Shown: in pieces, positions 52,420-64,000 of the stretch | Numbering within the stretch: the stretch's first letter is position 1 | Layout: every line of letters begins with the position of its first letter | Assembly: GCA_951406725.2 (NCBI GenBank) | Contig: OX597819.1 | Coordinates: forward strand, 10,168,001 to 10,232,000 | Direction: 5' to 3' | Source: Octopus vulgaris | Taxonomy: Eukaryota | DNA: 64,000 bases | The notes under the pieces: model-generated | Databases searched by the model: none | The model's input: only the letters and a program-made list of their open reading frames with translations | What the model was told of the DNA's origin: nothing | Made by a program: the position numbers and the translations under genes

Positions 52420-52833
52420 TTCTCTTTACTCTCTTTTACTTGTTTCAATCATTTGACTGCGGCCATGCTGGAGCACTGCCTTTAGTCGAGCAAATCGACC
52501 CCGGGTCTTATTCTTTGTAAGCCCAGTACTTATTCTATCGGTCTCTTTTGCCGAACCGCTAAGTAAAGGGGACGTAAACACACCAGCATTGGTTGTCAAG
52601 CAATGCTAGAGGGACAAACACAGACCCACAAACATATATATACATACATATATATATATATATATATACGACAGGCTTCTTTCAGTTTCCGTCTACCAAA
52701 TCCACTCACAAGGCTTTGGTCGGCCCGAGGCTATAGCAGAAGACATTTGCCCAAGGTGCCACGCAGTGGGACTGAACCCAGAACCATGTGGTTGGTAGGC
52801 AAGCTACTTACCACACAGCCACTCCTGCGCCTA
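52420..52833 (-). mobile_element. SINE family A
   Basis: Full-length reverse copy. Confidence 0.9.
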
Positions 52834-52865
52834 TGTTTCATTCTCAACATGATGGAAACTTTCAA

Positions 52866-53080
52866 TCATCATCATCATCCTTTAACATCTGTGTTCCCAT
52901 GCTGGTGTGGGTTGGGCGGTTTGACAGAAACTGGCAAGGACCACACCAGGTCCCAAAGTGTCTGTTTCGGCTCGGTTTCTACAGCTGGATGCCCTTCCTA
53001 ATACTAATCTCTTTACAGAGTGTACCAGGTGCTTTTTACATGGCACCATCACAAGTAATTTTTATGTGGCACCATCACAT
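52866..53080 (-). mobile_element. Retroposon family D, diverged
   Basis: (cat)n followed by gctggatgcccttcctaa. Confidence 0.7.
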
Positions 53081-53815
53081 CTAGATAAACCTAATGCCTA
53101 GGTTCTCTTTTAGCTATCTGATATAGTTCTTTGCTGACCCTACTTTTCCACTCTTTTCAGACCAGTCTTAAATAATTTAGCTTTAATATTGATTTTTTGA
53201 CAACTTTCAATGAAAATCTCATACACTGAATATTATTGTATAAAACAAAGAATCAGATCTCTTGTTTTAATAATTTAGTGGTCTCTTAGAAAGTTCTGCC
53301 TTTCTGTTGATGCTGAAAATTACTTGCAATGTTTTCTGTTAGTACTCCTAGTTATTAGTGACATTATCAACTGTAATATATTATAAACCTTTAAACATGG
53401 ACTCACTACTGACTTCAACTTGATTAGTACTCTTGGTCTAGCAGCCTAACATTCCAGTAATGTTATTTACATTATTGATTTCATATCAGTGTTTGACAAC
53501 ACTGTTATGCACTATCTTTCTATATGTCTACACTATTTTCTGCTCACTTCTAAAGCCTTGTGTCTTTTGATCTATCGCCAATGGGGGCCACTAACACAAT
53601 AGATTTTATATTTATTTCTCAAGGTTCTATGATTTAATAGTTCATGAGAAATTTTCTACAGTATATTTCAGCCATTATACTCATTAACATAAATTTCTGG
53701 TATGTTAACACATTTTGTGTTACACTTTCATATTACATGCCTACAGAAATCCAATCATCTCTGTGAGATAGATCATAGGCCAATGGTTTTGAGCACAAGC
53801 ACACATTGAATTTAA

Positions 53816-54036
53816 CCCTTTAGCATTTAAAATGGCCATATCCGGCCAAAAGTATTCCGTCTGTTTTATGTTCAAACTGACCAGATCTGGTCTCTCACAC
53901 CAACCCTACAATATCGTTTTAAAAATTAACAGCTACCTCATCGAAATCTCATAGCTACAAGATAATGCATGATTAGTTCAAGGCAATGTGGATAAAAAAG
54001 GATTAATTTTGGCAGAATAATGCAAACACTAAAGGG
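53816..54036. mobile_element. piggyBac-type MITE, family P2 (221 bp)
   Basis: TTAA|CCCTTTAG...CTAAAGGG|TTAA, with a different interior from P1. Confidence 0.75.
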
Positions 54037-54497
54037 TTAAATAAATTTTACAACTGCTTCAGAATATTTAGTCATTTTGGCAATTATCCAAGTATACATT
54101 AAACAATACTATTGCTATTGACTAGCTGTTATCTCCAACTTCCATTATTTGTCCATTCAGTAACCAATATAACCATTAATAATTATTTTGGATGTAACGA
54201 TCCACATCTTTCAAAGTAAGCTGTTATTAATCTTATCTTGATGTTCTGGTCAACTTAATGGATAGTCACTGGACTTAGGCTGTATTCATTACACACACAC
54301 ACAATATCTGTACCAAATGTATTGTAGGTAAAATTACATTGTGAAAAATCATTTATGAAAGCAATAAAAAGTGTCCACAGAGAACTCAGTGGAATGCTTT
54401 TTTTGACTAGAAAGCATCCATGTGGTGACTTAAACTAGCAAGAAACAGCAGACAAAACCCACTTCAAATAATACCATAATATCTTAAAAAAAAAAAA

Positions 54498-54918
54498 AAG
54501 GCGCAGGAGTGGCTGTGTGGTAAGTAGCTTGCTAACCAACCACATGGTTCCGGGTTCAGTCCCACTGCGTGGCATCTTGGGCAAGTGTCTTCTGCTATAG
54601 CCCCGGGCTGACCAATGCCTTGTGAGTGGATTTGGTAGACGGAAACTGAAAGAAGCCTGTCGTATATATGTATATATATATATATGTATGTGTGTGTGTT
54701 TGTGTGTCTGTGTTTGTCCCCCTAACATTGCTTAATAACAACCGATGCTGGTGTGTTTATGTCCCCGTAACTTAGCGGTTCGGCAAAAGGGACCGATAGA
54801 ATAAGTACTGGGCTCACAAAAAATAAGTCCCGGGGTCGAGTTGCTCAATTAAAGGTGTGCTCCAGCATGGCCACAGTCAAATGACTGAAACAAGTAAAAG
54901 AGTAAAGAGTAAGAGTAA
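54498..54918 (+). mobile_element. SINE family A
   Basis: Full-length copy. Confidence 0.9.
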
Positions 54919-55109
54919 ACGATGGACATATTAGGCAAGTACTCCTAGATATGGATATGATAGTATACTCACAACTGGAATACTTTAAATCCTTGGGGTC
55001 TGTTATTGGGGGTTCCTTTTGTATCACTTTGTCAGAAAAGCAATGCAAACTTCAAGTATGTCTTTCATAAAGGATAACATTGCATCATCTACCTGGCATA
55101 TGTTGAATA

Positions 55110-55495
55110 GTGGAGGCGCAATGGCCCAGTGGTTAGGGCAGCGGACTCGCGGTCATAAGATCGCGGTTTCGATTCCCAGACCGGGCGTTGTGAGTGTTTA
55201 TTGAGCGAAAACACCTAAAAGCTCCACGAGGCTCCGGCAGGGATGGTGGTGATCCCTGCTGTACTCTTTCACCACAACTTTCTCTCACTCTTACTTCCTG
55301 TTTCTGTTGTACCTGTATTTCAAAGGGCCGGCCTTGTCACTCTCTGTGTCACGCTGAATATCCCCGAGAACTACGTTAAGGGTACACGTGTCTGTGGAGT
55401 GCTCAGCCACTTACACGTTAAATTTCACGAGCAGGCTGTTCCGTTGATTCGGATCAACCAGAACCCTCGTCGTCGTAAGCGACGGAGTGCTTCCC
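55110..55495 (+). mobile_element. SINE family C
   Basis: Full-length copy. Confidence 0.9.
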
Positions 55496-56160
55496 TCCAA
55501 TTTAACAAGCAGGCAGTTCCGTTGATCAGCTCAATCTAAACCCTCATTGCTGGAACCAATGAAGTGCCAGGTATTAACATACATACGTATACATGTACAA
55601 ACAAGTGCAAGTGTACATGTAAATATCTCTACACACATACATGAACACACACTATAGCTACAGATATAGACATATATATATATGGTTACACACACATATA
55701 AGCATACTTACATGCATACACAATAATTCATGCATATAGACACATACAAGTGGGCTATTCACACAAGAAAACTGAATAATCAACAGTATAATTAATAATA
55801 CACAAAGACAGACAGTATCTGTTCAGGAAATCACATGTATGAAAAAGAAAAGCATATATGTCAAGTACATGCACACACACTCTCTCTCTCTCTGCATTCG
55901 GCTCTTTTCCTCAATGACATAAGCCAATAAGAAGGCCTCTATGTGGTCCTTTGACATAAATAGCAGCTACAGCTCTAAAATTACAATCTACCATCTGGAA
56001 AAGAACACACTGGACGATGTGATTCTTGATGCATTTTGCTCTATACTTGAGAGAGGGAGAGGATAATTCCAGCTGGAACACCTTTCACCATAAGTAGGTT
56101 TGATATGGGATGACACTAATCTGGGCAAACAACTAAAGGAAACTCAACAGTTACCACACA

Positions 56161-57185
56161 GCGCAGGAGTGGCTGTGTGGTAAGTAGCTTGCTAACCAAC
56201 CGCATGGTTCCGGGTTCAGTCCCACTGCGTGGCATCTTGGGCAAGTGTCTTCTGCTATAGCCCCGGGCCGACCAATGCCTTGTGAGTGGATTTGGTAGAC
56301 GGAAACTGAAAGAAGCCTGTCGTATATATATGTATATATATATATATATATAGGAACCTACACCAACCCTTCCTGCCATCGTTCCTCCTTACCCCAACCT
56401 TCCCCACTGGTTGCTCCCCTATATTACCCACCTCAACTGGACCCCCCTCCCCAACTCAACTCTAGAATATCTGTATTCTTTCCTCTACCTAATAACGTTA
56501 CTCAGTGACGATAACGAATGTCTTTATTTCTTAGGAACCTACACCAACCCTTCCTTACTCAGTGACGATAAATGCTGTGACTACAAAGACCTGGGCTGCT
56601 TTCTGCAGCAATTCCACATACCCCCTACTCATTCTAAGTACCCCAGATCCCCAAAGTACCCTGGATCCCCAAAGTACCCCGGACCTCGTTGCCCCCGTGC
56701 CGCTGACACGTTAAAATGCTCGAACCGATCGTGACGATGCCGGACCCTCCGGCCCCTGTGCAGGTGGCACGTAAAAGCACCCAATCCACTCACGGAGTGG
56801 TTGGCGTTAGGAAGGGCATCCAGCCGTAGAAACTCTGCCAGATTCAGACTGGAGCCTGGTGCGGCCCCTGGCTTCCCAGACCCGGTCAAACCGTCCAACC
56901 CGTGCTAGCGCGGAAAGCGGACGTTAAACGATGATGATGATGATGATGATGATATATATGTGTGTGTGTGTGTGTGTGTGTTTGTCCCCCTAGCATTGCT
57001 TGACAGCTGATGCTGGTGTGTTTACGTCCCTGTCACTTAGCGGTTCGGCAAAAGATACCGATAGAATAAGTACTGGGCTTACAAAAGAATAAGTCCCAGG
57101 GTCGATTTGCTCGACTAAAGGCGGTGCTCCAGCATGGCCGCAGTCAAATGACTGAAACAAGTAAAAGAGTAAAAGAGTAAAGAGT
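56161..57185 (+). mobile_element. SINE family A split by a ~600-bp insertion in its central (TA)n
   Basis: 5' half 56161-56351, 3' half ~56953-57185. Confidence 0.85.
56352..56952 (+). mobile_element. Retroposon family D with an unusual C-rich 5' extension
   Basis: D 3' part from ~56700, preceded by internally repetitive sequence. Sits in the (TA)n of a SINE A. Confidence 0.75.
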
Positions 57186-57630
57186 ATACTCCTGTACTCT
57201 CATATAGAGATAGACATTCATAATCACTATACAAATAAAAACCCATATCACTGCCAAAATGCTACTCTTAGTGTTAGTTTTGATTAAAATATTCTAATGA
57301 TGCACAGAGTACTTGCATTTGACATTTGTGTGAAGGAATAAATAAATGTGGACATAAGTGGATTCAAGAATTAACAAGTGAAAGAGATTAAATATATGAA
57401 GAGGTGGAAAAAGGGCAATACATATTGTTTCTTTGTGAACCTAAACTAGGAATTTCTCAAAAATTAACCTAAGCAGTAAATTCTACGTAACTCAGGGGAA
57501 CCAAAGAATATTTACTTTCCAATCCAATTTGTCCCACTTTCTTAAAAGACATGTATATATATATATATTTCGTTTATGGATTTGGTTTGCAAGATTCTTT
57601 ATATGAGTTTGTGTGTTGAAGCATCTTCTG

Positions 57631-57900
57631 TTGTGTCTGGGGAGAGTCATTTTCTTTTTGTGCCTTATGATTTAACACACGCACCGGTAAAATTTCCACT
57701 TATTTCTTATTTTAATTTTTATTCTCCTAAGATTTTCGCTGCGTCTTGCAAGATTATCGAGTCAAGACTATTGAAAAGGTTGCAAGACGCAACGGAAATT
57801 TTAGGTGAATAAAAATTAAAATAAGAAATAAGTGGAAATTTTACCAGTGAGTGTGTTAAACCAAAAGGCACAAAAAGAAAATGACTCTCCCCAGACACAA
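57631..57900. repeat. Long inverted repeat (~120-bp arms, 28-bp spacer) between (TA)n tracts
   Basis: ttgtgtctggggagagtc...ttgcaa (57631-57751) is mirrored at 57780-57900. Confidence 0.85.
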
Positions 57901-57904
57901 TAGA

Positions 57905-57938
<34 letters not shown>

Positions 57939-58035
57939 GAGTCCACTGCATCTTAAAGGAGAAACAGCTGTAAGCTAAAGAAGCTCATAAGATTCCTTTG
58001 AGATCTCATTTCATATATATATATATATATATATA

Positions 58036-58370
58036 TTCTTTTACATGTTTCAGTCATTTCACTGCAGCCATGATGGAGCACCACCTTTAGTCATGCAAAT
58101 TGACTCCCCCAGGACTTATTCTATAGGACTCTTTTGCCAAACTGCTAAGTTACAGGGACGTAAACACACCAGGATCAGTTGTCAAGTGATGTTGGGAACA
58201 CACACACACATATATACGATGGGCTTCTTTCAGTTTCCGTCTACCAAATCCACTCATAAGGCTGTAATCAGCCCGAGGGTATAGTACAAGACACTTGCCC
58301 AAGGTGCCACACAGTGGGACTGAACCCAGAACCATGTGGTTGGTAAGCGAGCTACTTACGACAAAGCCAC
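58036..58370 (-). mobile_element. SINE family A, older diverged copy
   Basis: Same layout with many substitutions and deletions. Confidence 0.8.
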
Positions 58371-59000
58371 TACAAAAGGAAAATGAATAATATAGATGAG
58401 AGAGATAATTATTACAAGACATATCTTTCATAGACTAATAGGGTTGTAAAAACAAAATAATTTATCCCACCAAAAAAAAAGGGAGGAAAAAAAAGAAGAA
58501 CAAAACAATATCAATGAAAGAACTGAATTAGTAAGAATATTTGAAAAAAGTGACATTTTAAAACAATGATTGATTATTTTGTTAAAATATTGCCATAAAC
58601 ATAAGCTATTAATTTCTGTTTTATCAGAAATTCCCACTCCACCCTCTTTCTTGTTAAATGTTGAATGATATCGAAGACCAGCGAGTAGCCTTATCTTTGG
58701 AAATGTGTACCAAGAATTTTTTTTGTAAATCACTGTTAATGAAATTCTTTCGCTCTCTCTCCCGCTTTCTCCTTCACTACGAAAATGCAGAAAACAGATT
58801 TTTTTAACAAAAAGCATTTCTATTAGCAATCCAGTATCACGCACAAACACATATTTGCAATCCTGTATACAATCAGTTGAGAGGGAGGGGAAGAAGGATC
58901 GTATGGAGCAATCAACTACAATAACAGACAAAAAAACATGGACTGTAAAAATGCCTTGGATTTTCAAAATTACATCTTGCCTTAACAATAATTAAGCATA

Positions 59001-59409
59001 ATAGGCGCAGGAGTGGCTGTGTGGTAAGTAGCTTGCTAACCAACAACATGGTTCCGGGTTCAGTCCCACTGCGTGGCATCTTGGGCAAGTGTCTTCTGCT
59101 ATAGCCCCGGGCCGACCAATGCCTTGTGAGTGGATTTGGTAGACGGAAACTGAAAGAAGCCTGTCGTATATATGTATATATATATTACAAGTGTGTGTGG
59201 ATATGTTTGTGTGTCTGTGTTTGTCCCCCCCCCAGCATTGCTTGACAACCGATGCTGGTGTGTTTATGTCCCTGTCACTTAGCGGTTCGGCAAAAGAGAT
59301 TGATAGAATAAGTACTGGGCTTACAAAGAATAAGTCCCGGGGTCGATTTGCTCGACTAAAGGCGGTGCTCCAGCATGGCCGCAGTCAAATGACTGAAACA
59401 AGTAAAAGA
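59001..59409 (+). mobile_element. SINE family A
   Basis: Full-length copy. Confidence 0.9.
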
Positions 59410-60472
59410 ATATCTGTATTAAGTTCTAGGCGTTCAAAAATGACTGCCATATAGTAAGTAAAGTTGGAGAATATAGTAAAAGATTATGTGCTGACAAATG
59501 TTAGTACCAAGTGAATTAGTTATGTGCTACTTCTCCACCCTCCTTGTGTGTATATGTGGTTGTATTTGTAAAACAATGTATAGTGATTAGATGAACACAG
59601 AAACTGAAGTTGTAAACCTTTAGGCCAGCATTTAGAGATAATCTGGAGGAAATAATCAAAACAGAGTCTAAATAGTCTGAAATGGCAGTCAAAGATGTAA
59701 AGAGGAAATACTTTTTTTTTAGATGATGGGGTGAGAGTAGTTACAGAGGGGAAAAAAATACAATCTGATTAAGATGTCGGAGGTCAAGTGTTTATCTAAG
59801 GGAAGATAAAACGAAATGAAATATAATGTGTCCCCTTTCTAAATTCAAACTGTTTGGAATCATAGGAAACATAGTTTGAAGTACCACATTTTGAATAAGG
59901 GAGAGGAAAAAGGCATTTATTGATTGAAAACTTGGCTGTGCATGAAGGCCTTGACTTACTTTCATCCAGTTAAATAGTGATCTTGTCATGAGAAAAAAAG
60001 ATAACTGGAGCAGCCCGCTGAGGTATTTTATATTTTATTTTTTTTTTTGGTCACACAAATGAAACCTGTTTAATTGGTATTAAAGAATGCCTTTATACAA
60101 AGATATAAACTTGGTCAATAGGCTTGAGGAGAACAAAAAAACATTTTTACATTCATTACTATGCAAAAAGGAAGTAGTTTAGAATGCTGACTCTTTGACA
60201 ATGTTGAAACTATGATCAAAATTACATCTGCTCTTGGGAGTAATAAACAATTTAATATCCTCTATTATGTCAAAGTAATCCCATCAAAGGGAATCTGTGA
60301 TAGAAAGATCCTTGAATTTAATTTGAATCACATTAAATCATTTCAAGTACAAAGTTAACAATACCATAAACCCTTACACTTTTGGAGAATGCATGGCTCC
60401 ATCTAGCAGAGTCCAAATAAACGCTAGCTATTATCAATCTCTGATAATCTTTGTGAAATTTACTTAAGACTA

Positions 60473-60720
60473 CATCATCATCATCATTTAGCATCCGCTT
60501 TCCATGCAAGCATGGGTTGGACGGTTCAACTGGGGTCTGTGAAGCCGGAAGGCCACATCAGGCCCAGTCTGATCTGGCAGTGTTTCTACGGCTGGATGCC
60601 CTTCCTAACGCCAACCACTCCGTGAGTGTAGTGGGTGCTTTTTACGTGCCACCCACACAGGTGCCAGACGGAGCTGGCAAAACGGCCACGAACGGATGGT
60701 GCTTTTACGTGCCACCGAAA
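60473..60720 (-). mobile_element. Retroposon family D
   Basis: (cat)n followed by conserved body. Confidence 0.8.
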
Positions 60721-60950
60721 GGCAGAAAATAGTTGCTAACCTTCTAGAACATTACTTCTGCATGTAGTTCTGTGTGTGTGTGTGTGTGTGTACAAAAACA
60801 TGCACATTTTAAATAGATTAAAAAAAGGAAACTCTATATTTACTAACATCCTCTAAACAGTTATCTCATCTGCCATTATTACTACAACCATTATTTCTCT
60901 GGGTTTCTAACTCTCTGGTGGAACCAAGTCCATATAAATGAATTATTTAT

Positions 60951-61180
60951 AAGGCGGCGAGCTGGCAGAATCGTTAGCACGCCGGGCGAAATGCTTTGCG
61001 GTATTTTGTCCGCCGCTGCGTTCTGAGTTCAAATTCCGCCGAGGTCGACTTTGCCTTTCATCCTTTCGGGGTCGATAAATTAAGTACCAGTTACACACTG
61101 GGGTTGTTGTAATCAACTTAATTCGTTTGTCTGTCTTTGTTTGTCCCCTCTATGTTTAGCCCCTTGTGGGTAATAAGAAA
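60951..61180 (+). mobile_element. SINE family B
   Basis: TSD catataaatgaattattt. Confidence 0.9.
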
Positions 61181-61850
61181 ACACATATAAATGAATTATT
61201 TCTCCCAATCCTGTATTCTGGAATTTCCCTTACACCTACAGGCCTTCTTCAACTACAAACCTTCAATAATTCAAACAATCTGAGAAGAGTTAAAATGGCT
61301 ATGAACTGTTCCTTTTTTCTGCAACAATAATGAATTCATAGCCACAAGTTCTCAGATTAAATTGGCTACACCATTCATATGGGAATGGTACAGCTCCAAT
61401 TTCATCTGCTCCAAGACTTGACTGCTACTTTATTTTATTGGTCTTGTAAAGATGAAAGGCAAAGGTGATCTCAGTAGGATTTAAACTTAGACTGTATAGA
61501 GATATAATTAAACACCACAAGGCATTTTGTCTGCTGCTTTACTGATTATGCTAGTTCACCACCTTTTTCAACAACAATTATTTCTAATGTAGGCACAAGG
61601 CTTGAAATTTGATGGAGTACTGACCCTCACTACTTGAATGGTACTTTATTTTAATGACCTTGAATGTATCATGACAAGCAAACTTGACCTCGGCAGGATT
61701 TGAACTTAGGATGTAAAAGAGTTGCAAGAAATACTATACGACATTTTGCCCACTGTTCAACTGATTCTGTCAGCTTGCCACATTAATAATAATGATCTGA
61801 AAATTTGGAGGATGGAACTAGTTGATTACATTGACTACATTGATTACATT

Positions 61851-62268
61851 AAGGCGGCGAACTGGCAGAAACGTTAGCGCCCCGGGCGAAATGCTTATCG
61901 GTATTTCGTCTGCCGCTACGTTCTGAGTTCAAATTCCGCCGAGGTCGACTTTGCCTTTCATCCTTTCGGGGTCGATTAAATAAGTACCAGTTACGTACTG
62001 GGGGTCGATATAATCGACTTAATCTGTTTGTCTGTCCTTGTTTGTCCTCTCTGTGTTTAGCCCCTTGTGGGTAGTAAAGAAATAGGTATTTCGTCTGCTG
62101 CTACGTTCTGAGTTCAAATTCCACCGAGGTCGACTTTGCCTTTCATCCTTTCGGGGTCGATTAAATAAGTACCAGTTAGGCACTGGGTTCGATGTAATCG
62201 ACTTAATCCGTTTGTCTGTCCTTGTTTGTCCCCTCTGTGTTTAGCCCCTTGTGGGTAGTAAAGAAAGA
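61851..62268 (+). mobile_element. SINE B head-to-tail dimer
   Basis: Same junction as the 27987 dimer. gattacatt flanks both ends. Confidence 0.88.
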
Positions 62269-62742
62269 GATTACATTGACTGCAGTATTCCACTGGTACT
62301 TATTTCATCAACATCACTATATTTCTTATACGCAAGAGTTTATGAAGTTTTCATCTTAAATGTAAACTGCTAATGCATGAGAGAAATCACTAAGACTGGA
62401 CAACTTTTATCTGGGAATCAATACTGCAAATCCTACCAACATCTTCACTGCATCAATATAAAAAAAAAACAAGTTGACCCTGAACTGAGGCAAGATAAAA
62501 TACTAGGACAGAAAAAACAAAAAATGAAGACTATTTAGCTGAAATATAGACAACACTTATGTTATAATGGACACAAAACTCAAAAATTGCATCTATAACA
62601 ATGCATGTAAATGTCCTAATACCCACTGAGGGTAATTTTTTTTTTTTTTATCTAGTAAAAACTCCACAGACAAAAGGATAAAAATCAGTTAACAAAATCA
62701 AAACAAAAAAAGCAAGTAACTATATAAATGACGAATACTTAC

Positions 62743-63145
62743 CAAGTTGTTCTTTACAGATATACATGAGTTTTTCTGCTGATTGCACTTTGGTACTAAT
62801 ACACCTTTTACTATAAGGCTCATGCTTGCCAGTCTTAAATGGCTGAAAAGACACATCATCTGTGAACTCAGTCTGTTCTATCACATGGAATGTGTGATCA
62901 ACTCCTTCATCAGTTTTGGAGATTTCACCCCAGTACAGAAAGTGGTCATTGTTGATCACACGGCCTCCAAAATCACTTTGGCTTAACACAGAGATGTGCT
63001 CCATATGGTAATCATTGGCTAATGGTCGCATAAACCGATTGCATAGACATGACTTGCCAACACCAGTGAGGCCCTTTTCCTTCTCAGTTCCTGACAGACC
63101 AATAACACTAATGTTAAAGGTCCGTGGTTCTGTCCTTTTGGCCAT
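62743..63145 (-). CDS. RhoGAPp190: p190 RhoGAP (ARHGAP35/ARHGAP5 family), first coding exon: N-terminal GTPase-like domain
   Basis: Translation [38 protein letters not shown]...[24 protein letters not shown]...[10 protein letters not shown]...[14 protein letters not shown] matches the p190 N-terminal GTPase signature. Donor CTTG|gtaagt, phase 1 (403 nt). Confidence 0.96.
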
Positions 63146-63466
63146 ATTAGGAAATTAGGCCACCTCACCTTGGCCTTTACTGATACTACATCTTGTTATG
63201 GGAGTACACTAATAATTGATTTCTTGTTTACGTTATTTTGGTTAAAATTCCCAAGGCATGGCTCCATGGTAAAAGAAAATATTTAAACAGCAATTTTACT
63301 TGGAAAAAAAATGATGATAAGAGAGATGAAGTTGTTAACTGGGATTCTTTGGTTTCTATTTTAAGATCAGTTAATAGTACAGTTCTCACATCCACTCTGA
63401 CAAAGGATTAAAAAGATCAGAGAATCTTCTTCCAAGCTTTCTTTCTTCTTAATTCAAAGCATCAAT
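63146..63466 (-). promoter_or_regulatory. Putative 5' UTR part of the start-codon exon, containing upstream ORFs
   Basis: Strong acceptor (T-rich tract, ttctcttctttcag|) at 63467 on the minus strand. Several upstream ATGs precede 63145. Confidence 0.6.
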
Positions 63467-63687
63467 CTGAAAGAAGAGAAAAAAAAAAAACAGTCTTATT
63501 ATAAAAATAAAAAGATAATAATAACAGTAACTTTCAGAAAATGAGAAGAGCGAAAACAGTTTATTTCAGTAGTTAAAGGCAACTAACTGAAAACACCTTA
63601 AGTTATAATAGTTTTCATTGTAACATATTTATAGGAAGTCACATTATTTACATTTGACGGATATTTGTCCTCATCTTGTTTGTTGCT

Positions 63688-63733
63688 AACACAATGTTTC
63701 GGCTGATATACCCTCCAGCTTTCATCAGGTGTC
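63688..63733 (-). ncRNA. Minimal hammerhead-like motif, inverted copy
   Basis: Reverse-complement copy of 63865-63910: GACAC-CTGATGA-aAGCTG...CAGCC-GAAAC-ATT-GTGTT. Confidence 0.55.
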
Positions 63734-63780
63734 CTGGGGAAATTTTGAACCTGGGTTCTCATTCCTAAGGTATTTTTTGA

Positions 63781-63814
<34 letters not shown>

Positions 63815-63864
63815 ACATCGAAAAATACTTTAGGAATGAGAACCCAAGTTGGAAATTTATCCAA

Positions 63865-63910
63865 GACACCTGATGAAGGCTGGAGGGTATATCAGCCGAA
63901 ACATTGTGTT
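63865..63910 (+). ncRNA. Minimal hammerhead-like motif (Penelope pLTR type)
   Basis: GACAC-CTGATGA-a-GGCTG-gagggtatat-CAGCC-GAAA-C-ATT-GTGTT. Stem I, stem II and core are present. There is an extra A after the core, and stem III is minimal. Confidence 0.6.
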
Positions 63911-64000
63911 AACAACAATCAAGATGAGGACAAATATCCTCATCAAATGTAAATATTGTACATAATTCCTAATCTCTTAAATACAGAACTGTATTATAGG

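Larger units (their letters stand above)
63641..63959. mobile_element. Inverted pair of Penelope-like pLTR fragments around a (TAT)n spacer
   Basis: 63641-63781 and 63817-63959 are diverged reverse complements, each carrying a hammerhead-like core. Confidence 0.7.

Noticed and set aside
55110-55185. tRNA-like sequences with A and B boxes
   Set aside because: They are SINE heads, continuous with SINE bodies and lacking a proper acceptor stem.
58428-58988. 186-aa minus-strand ORF
   Set aside because: Low-complexity F/L/I/S-rich translation of AT-rich DNA, with no recognisable motif or supporting splice context.

Overview
AT-rich animal genomic DNA, most likely an octopod cephalopod (Octopus). 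This is inferred from the SINE families and not verified. The only protein-coding gene supported is a p190 RhoGAP (ARHGAP35/ARHGAP5 family) on the minus strand. Four coding exons (63145-62743, 24851-24179, 9100-8888, 7197-6904) have canonical GT-AG sites and matching phases, and encode the N-terminal GTPase-like domain and FF repeats. The gene continues beyond position 1. The introns are dense with mobile DNA: three tRNA-derived SINE families, a (GAT)n-tailed retroposon, LINE fragments, non-autonomous Helitrons, TTAA piggyBac MITEs and a decayed piggyBac transposase. Almost all other listed ORFs are repeat artefacts. The most notable signal is five minimal type I hammerhead-ribozyme-like motifs at four loci (34556, 49116, 49804, 63688/63865). 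Two of them lie in related ~340-360 bp elements with a circularly permuted monomer plus an inverted arm, resembling Penelope pseudo-LTRs or non-LTR retrozymes. A ~339-bp fold-back with a 13-bp TSD at 38155 belongs to the same family. Repeat boundaries were read by eye and are approximate unless a TSD or terminus is given.
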